In this document: positions 50,955 to 56,213 of the stretch, in pieces
Position numbering within the stretch: the stretch's first letter is position 1
How the letters are laid out: the number at the start of each line of letters is the position of its first letter
Source of the DNA: Octopus sinensis
Taxonomy: Eukaryota
Direction: 5' to 3'
NCBI RefSeq assembly: GCF_006345805.1
Contig: NW_021833960.1
Coordinates: 1 to 56,213 of the forward strand
Length of the DNA: 56,213 nucleotides
The notes under the pieces: model-generated
Seen by the model: only the letters and a program-made list of their open reading frames with translations
What the model was told of the DNA's origin: nothing
Database searches by the model: none
Position numbers and translations under genes: made by a program

Positions 50955-51205
50955 ATTCTTTTACATGTTTTAGGCATGTGACTGCGGCCATGCTGCAGCA
51001 CCGCCTTTAGTCGAACAAATCTACCCAGGACTTATTCTTTGTAAGTCTAGTACTTATTCAGTCGGTCCCTTTTGCCGAATTGCTAAGTTACGGAGACGTA
51101 AACACGCAAACATCGATTCTCAAGCGATGGTGGGGGAACAAACAGACACACAAACGCACACACACACGCACACACACTCATATATACGACGGGTTTCTTT
51201 TTTAA
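50955..51205 (-). mobile_element. SINE family A, 3' half
   Basis: Reverse complement of the family A tail. Confidence 0.88.
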
Positions 51206-51446
51206 TTTCGGAAAGGCTAGTAAACGTACAAATTTGCAATTGGTTTCGTAAATACGATTAACCTTTTGCTAAATTCTGTGAAAAATCTAAGTTTGTACAA
51301 TGGTGTGAATAAAATTTAATAACACTAATACTAGTTTCGTCCAAATATCTCGTGTAAAATAAGAGAACGATCAAACCAAAAAGTGCTTCAATTAACTCAA
51401 AACCATAAAAATGATTGAAATAAATGTAAATATGAAGTGAATACAG

Positions 51447-52833
51447 TTAGTATGATGTTTGTAGACCTTTGTTGGAGATCACCTCTGCACATCGATTACC
51501 ACAGAACATAACAAGTTCCCTGCACAAGACAGGTGTTACTTTCTTCCATTCCTCTTCTAATATCTCCCATAAATTCGTCGTAGTAGTTGGTACCTTTTGT
51601 GTTACTTTGTCTCCAAGTTTTTTCCAAAGGTTTTCAAATGGATTTAAGTCTGGACTTTGTGCTGGCCACTTTATTACTTGGATATTTTGTCACACTAAAG
51701 AATCCAGTGGCACGCTTTGCAGTATGCCAAGAGGCGTTGTCTTGCAGGAAAATGCACGGTTGATTCGGAAATGCTCGTGATGATGGGATCACATGCTGTT
51801 TAACCAAATTCAAATAGATATTAGCATTAATAGTACCTCTAATCTGCACTAGAGGGCCAACTCTTTCAGAAGAAATCATTCCCCACACCATGACGCTTCC
51901 TGCTCCAAACTCGGCAGATATCTTTGAAGCATTTGGATTTTAGCCGATCTCCTGTGAAGCGCCTAACATACTGTCTACCGTGGAGGCGCAATGGCCCAGT
52001 GGTAAGGGCAGCGGACTCGCGGTCATAGGATCGCGGTTTCGATTCCCAGACCGGGCGTTGTGAGTGTTTATTGAGCGAAAACACCTAAAGCTCCACGAGG
52101 CTCCGGCAGGGGATGGTGATCCCCTGCTGTACTCTTTCACCACAACTTTCTCTCACTCTTACTTCCGTTTCTGTTTGTACCTGTATTTCAAAGGGCCGGC
52201 CTTGTCACTCTCTGTGTCACACTGAATGTCCCCGAGAACTACGTTAAGGGTACAGTGTCTGTGGAGTGCTCAGCCACATACACGTTAATTTCACGAGCAG
52301 GCGTTCCGTTGATTCGGATCACCGGAACCCTCGTCGTCGTAACCGACGGAGTGCTTCCATACTGTCTACATCTGAACCTACTACATTGAATTGCTTTCAT
52401 CGCTAAAAGGACTTTTGATCAATTTTCATCATTCCACTTCATATAGGCTTCTGCAAGTGAAAGTCTTTCCAGTTTGTTCTTTTGCTGATGATTGGTTTCG
52501 TTGCCGAGGAACAAGTCTGTAATCCAAATTCCTTCAGACGACGAGACACTACAGAGACACTATAAGCGGCTCACTTCCGTTACCACTATTCACTTTTATT
52601 TTCTTAAAAATTCCAGCTGCAGTCCCGAAAGGATTCTTCAATATGTACGTTTCATAGCTCGATCATCTTGCATTGTGGTTTTGCATGGTCTACAGTTGCT
52701 TTTTCAGTTCTAAACCTTCAGGTTCTTCATAGATCTTAAGAACACGTAAAATAGCCGAGAGAGTCGTTCCTGAAACTTTCATCCTGACAATTCTTTTCGG
52801 AGGTCGGGTAGTAACTTTATCATGGTATGCCAT
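51447..52833 (-). pseudogene. Tc1 transposase pseudogene no. 2 (DD34E type)
   Basis: FSDESK, GSVMVWGMISSERVGPL, FLQDNASWH and KWPAQSPDLNPFENLW motifs, with frameshifts and a SINE insertion. Confidence 0.9.
51980..52357 (+). mobile_element. SINE family C, full length, inserted in the Tc1 transposase
   Basis: 12-bp TSD catactgtctac (51967-51978, 52358-52369). Confidence 0.95.
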
Positions 52834-53149
52834 GTTCGGAAGCTAGCACAATACTGAGGACAAGTAGTAACGTTGAACCTGCAAATGTAAAGAATGTTTT
52901 GAAATTTCCAGAAATTTCTGGAAGAATCTAATTGTTCTCTTATTTTGCACACATGAGATATTTGGACGAAAACTAGTGTTAGTGTTATTAACTTTTATTA
53001 TGACCATTGTACAAACTTAGATTTTGCAGAGAATTCAGCTAATTGTTTACCGTGTTTACGAAACCAATTGCGAATTTGTACATTCACTAACTTTTTCGAT
53101 ATTTAAATATATATATATATATTATATATATATATATAGATAGATAGAA

Positions 53150-53273
<124 letters not shown>

Positions 53274-53401
53274 TAGAGAAAAGTCACTGTTATGTAATCA
53301 AACATAAACCATATCATATAGAAAAAAAAAATATATTATAAAAATATATCTAGATCACAAAAAGTACATAATAATGAATAAACATTATATAATAAGAAAA
53401 A

Positions 53402-53503
53402 GACTACGTACGTTTCGTGGCTATAACTTCAATTCGAATTACAATTAAATTGAAATTTAATCCCAAAACCATTCAATTTAAAAGTATAGTCACTCCTTAG
53501 GTC
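53402..53503 (-). ncRNA. Mirror copy of the 49186 hammerhead (G5A)
   Basis: gac-CTAAGGA-gtgactatac...gttatagccac-GAAA-cgtacg-UA-gtc. Confidence 0.5.
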
Positions 53504-54401
53504 AACAATAATAACAACGATAGTTATATAATGTTTATTCATTATTATGTACGTTTTGTGATCTAGATATATCTTTTATAATATATTTTATTTTTTCTAT
53601 ATGATATTGTTTGAATTACATAATAGTGGTTTTTCTCTTATTTATATATATATTATATAGTTATATTGTGAAATTTGATTTAATATAATTGAATTTTTCC
53701 CTGTAAGTGTGAGTTATACTCCCAAATATTTAATCTATATATATATATATATAATATATATAATAATATATGAACGACAAGCAGGTGTATTAGTTTGACA
53801 CTCATTCGAGGAAATTTAAGTAATACTAAGCAAATAAAGGTTTAGCAACGAATTGCCTCACCACATACGAATTTAGAAATAGCAGTCAAAGAGTTATAGC
53901 CATTTCTTCCAACTAAAAAGGGAGATCTCAGTAAAAACAGCAATTGGAAGGCAGACACAAACAGGTAAGAGAGAATGAATTGACGGCAATCTATCATACA
54001 ATTTTAAGTTATCTACGGACGTACGTTTCGAAATCAAGTATATATACACACACATGTATGTATATATATTTATATATATATATATATATATATATACATA
54101 CATGTGTGTGTATATATACAGTTATATAGATATATATGTAACTATTGATATATGAATAAAAACTTACTTGGAGAAATAAGAAACATGAATATCTATGTCT
54201 ATCTATCCACCTATCTCTCTATCTATGTTCACACTCGCACACACACTCGCACACGCACATACACGCGCGTGCGTGGCGACAAAAAGGAATAACAGAAGCA
54301 TCTGTCATCTTTATTTTCACTTCTTATGATTGTCTTCCTTGTCCTTTAATCAAACCAAACAGACTGCTTTTCGATAACAGACAGCCGCCGCCGTCACTCA
54401 C

Positions 54402-54480
54402 CACTGTTTACCAAAGAACAAAAACTGTCAGAGTAAATTTAACTCCTCCATCTTGTTCAGACGATCATCACGTGACTACT
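54402..54480 (-). promoter_or_regulatory. Putative promoter and first exon of a minus-strand gene
   Basis: Minus strand: GTCACGTGA E-box (54476-54468), AAGATGGAG, then a consensus donor TG|GTGAGT (intron would start at 54401) followed by CpG-rich gacggcggcggc. YY1-type CGCCATTT lies near 54527. Confidence 0.4.
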
Positions 54481-56213
54481 TAAAAGCCATTGACATTACT
54501 GAGAACAAACAAGAAATCAACTCTTGACGCCATTTGCTGGATTATTTATTCCTGTGTTACAAGAAGACTTTGATAGTTGAATGCCAGGAGGCATGGCCAA
54601 TATTTGCTGTTTCTTTAAAGAATCCCACAGGTGCAGAGACTGCTTTTTCCCTCTGTTATTATTCAATGTGTAATGTGCATTATCACATCCACAACAGATG
54701 GCCCCGATGTCACCAAAGCTTGGTTTTATATTTAATCCCTATACGAGAACTAGACTTAGTAATATTCAAATCGTATCTTTGGCGAGCAAATCGAAGAAAC
54801 TCTCTTTATGTGGTCGATTGATTTGCTAAAAAAATGTTACAACTCTTTAAAAGATCATGGAAAAAGAATTCTTAGTTGTAGATGTGTTTAAAATGCGACG
54901 CTGCTTGAATGCCTGTGATCATAGATCTCCACTTTTTAGGGTTCAACAACAACAACAACAGCAACAGTAACAGCAGCAACAATAACAACAATAAATGCAG
55001 GGCTATTTATATCATCTTGAAGATTATCTCCAGAAATATGAAATAATATGAAATCGTTCTTGCCTTTCCTCTTTCCGGTAATGATAAAATAAAGTACCAG
55101 TCAGATACTGGGGTCGATTCATCGATTAAACCCCATCCTATCATAGAAATTATTATGACAGAATTGGAAGGCTAGCTGAAAGAATGGGTTTAGAAGTGTT
55201 TAGTTTCGTCTCTTTTCGTTCCGCTTTCGAGTCCCCCTGAGGTTGACTTGGTTAGCCATTTTGCCCTGGGCTCCATAAAATAAGGATTAATCAAATACTG
55301 GCACGATGTCATTGACTCTCCTTTCCCCATCAATCTTCCTCCTGCTCCTACTCCTCTCTTTTCTCCTCCACCTCCTTCTTCTCTTCCTCCTCTACTCTAC
55401 CTCCTCGTCTACCTCCTCTTCTTCCTCCCCTCTCTCCTCCACCTCTTCCTCCTACTCCTCTTCCTCATTCTCTTCTTTCTCCCTTCCTCTCCTCGTTTTC
55501 TTCTCCTGTCTCCTATTCTTCTTTTCTCCCCCTCCTTCCCTTCTTCTTCCTCCTCCTCTTTTTCTTTTTGTCCTCCTATTCTTCTTTTCCTCTTTCGCTT
55601 CTTAGTCCCTCCTACTCTCCTTCCTCTTCCTCCACCTCTTCATCTTTCTCCTCCGCATCCTCCTCTTCCTCCTAAAAATATAGCTTTCTATATTTCAACC
55701 ATTATTATGAACGATGGTGATAAATGGCAGAATCGGTAGAACGACATAGCAAATGCCTTGTGGTATTTCTTTAGGTCCCTTTACACTCTACATTCAATTT
55801 AACCTACACAATCGCAGGAGCTGCAAGAAATAGCAGCCAAAGGAAAGGATGCAGTATAGTATGAAGTCCTAGATAACCCCTAAGACAGATAAGAAGGCTC
55901 ACCTCAGTCAAATAAAAAAAATAAAAGAAAATAATCAATATTTTTTTCAAGATCGATTGACAATAATTCTTCAACGGAAATATATTACTCATTCGATTGC
56001 ATCCACAATAGGAGTGGTTTCCCAGAGCAATGTGTTCGCTTTATGGAACCGAACGTGTTAAGTGTTACGCCCCATAGATTTTTATGGTTATCGGTCAGAC
56101 ACCAATATCTTTATTATTTCGTAGATTGAATAAGTTTGAAGGATTTTATACCTCAGAGTTGTTTGTGTATTGTAGATCTGTGAAGTCACTGTAGAAGCAG
56201 CAGAATGCCAGAA

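Larger units (their letters stand above)
51212..53107 (-). mobile_element. Tc1 element no. 2, near full length, interrupted by SINE C
   Basis: About 170-bp imperfect terminal inverted repeats (about 51212-51380 and 52930-53107); outermost terminal bases not recognisable. Confidence 0.9.

Noticed and set aside
56105-56213. Splice acceptor (tctttattatttcgtag) and possible ATG CCA GAA start at the window end
   Set aside because: Too little sequence; frames are short and unrecognisable without the downstream window.

Overview
AT-rich eukaryotic DNA saturated with microsatellites and repeats, with no recognisable host protein-coding exon. The SINE families and microsatellite load suggest an octopus (coleoid cephalopod) genome; this is an inference from repeat content, not a database hit. 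Content: (i) about 30 copies of three tRNA-derived SINE families, labelled A, B and C here; (ii) LINE fragments (RTE/BovB-like, an RTE with three C-terminal C2H2 fingers, R4/Dong-like RLE, Tx1/L1-like); (iii) DNA transposons (two decayed Tc1 DD34E elements, an internally deleted mariner, a maT/rosa-like MITE, a TTAA piggyBac-like MITE, a Lep1-like non-autonomous Helitron); (iv) a 1.7-kb inverted duplication (48855-53803) that may be real or an assembly artefact; (v) three promoter-like motif clusters, one with a plausible minus-strand first exon near 54.4 kb. The most interesting signal is a set of short non-coding repeats from at least four sequence families carrying minimal type I hammerhead-ribozyme cores (CUGANGA...GAAA...GUH). 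They show palindromic stem III, compensatory base changes between copies, and the fold-back or partial-tandem layout typical of Penelope-like element insertions. One of them (24133-24602) places a tRNA-like Pol III head upstream of the hammerhead, a candidate ribozyme-bearing SINE. Almost all ORFs in the supplied track are microsatellite artefacts. Coordinates were counted by hand; the edges of degenerate repeats are approximate.
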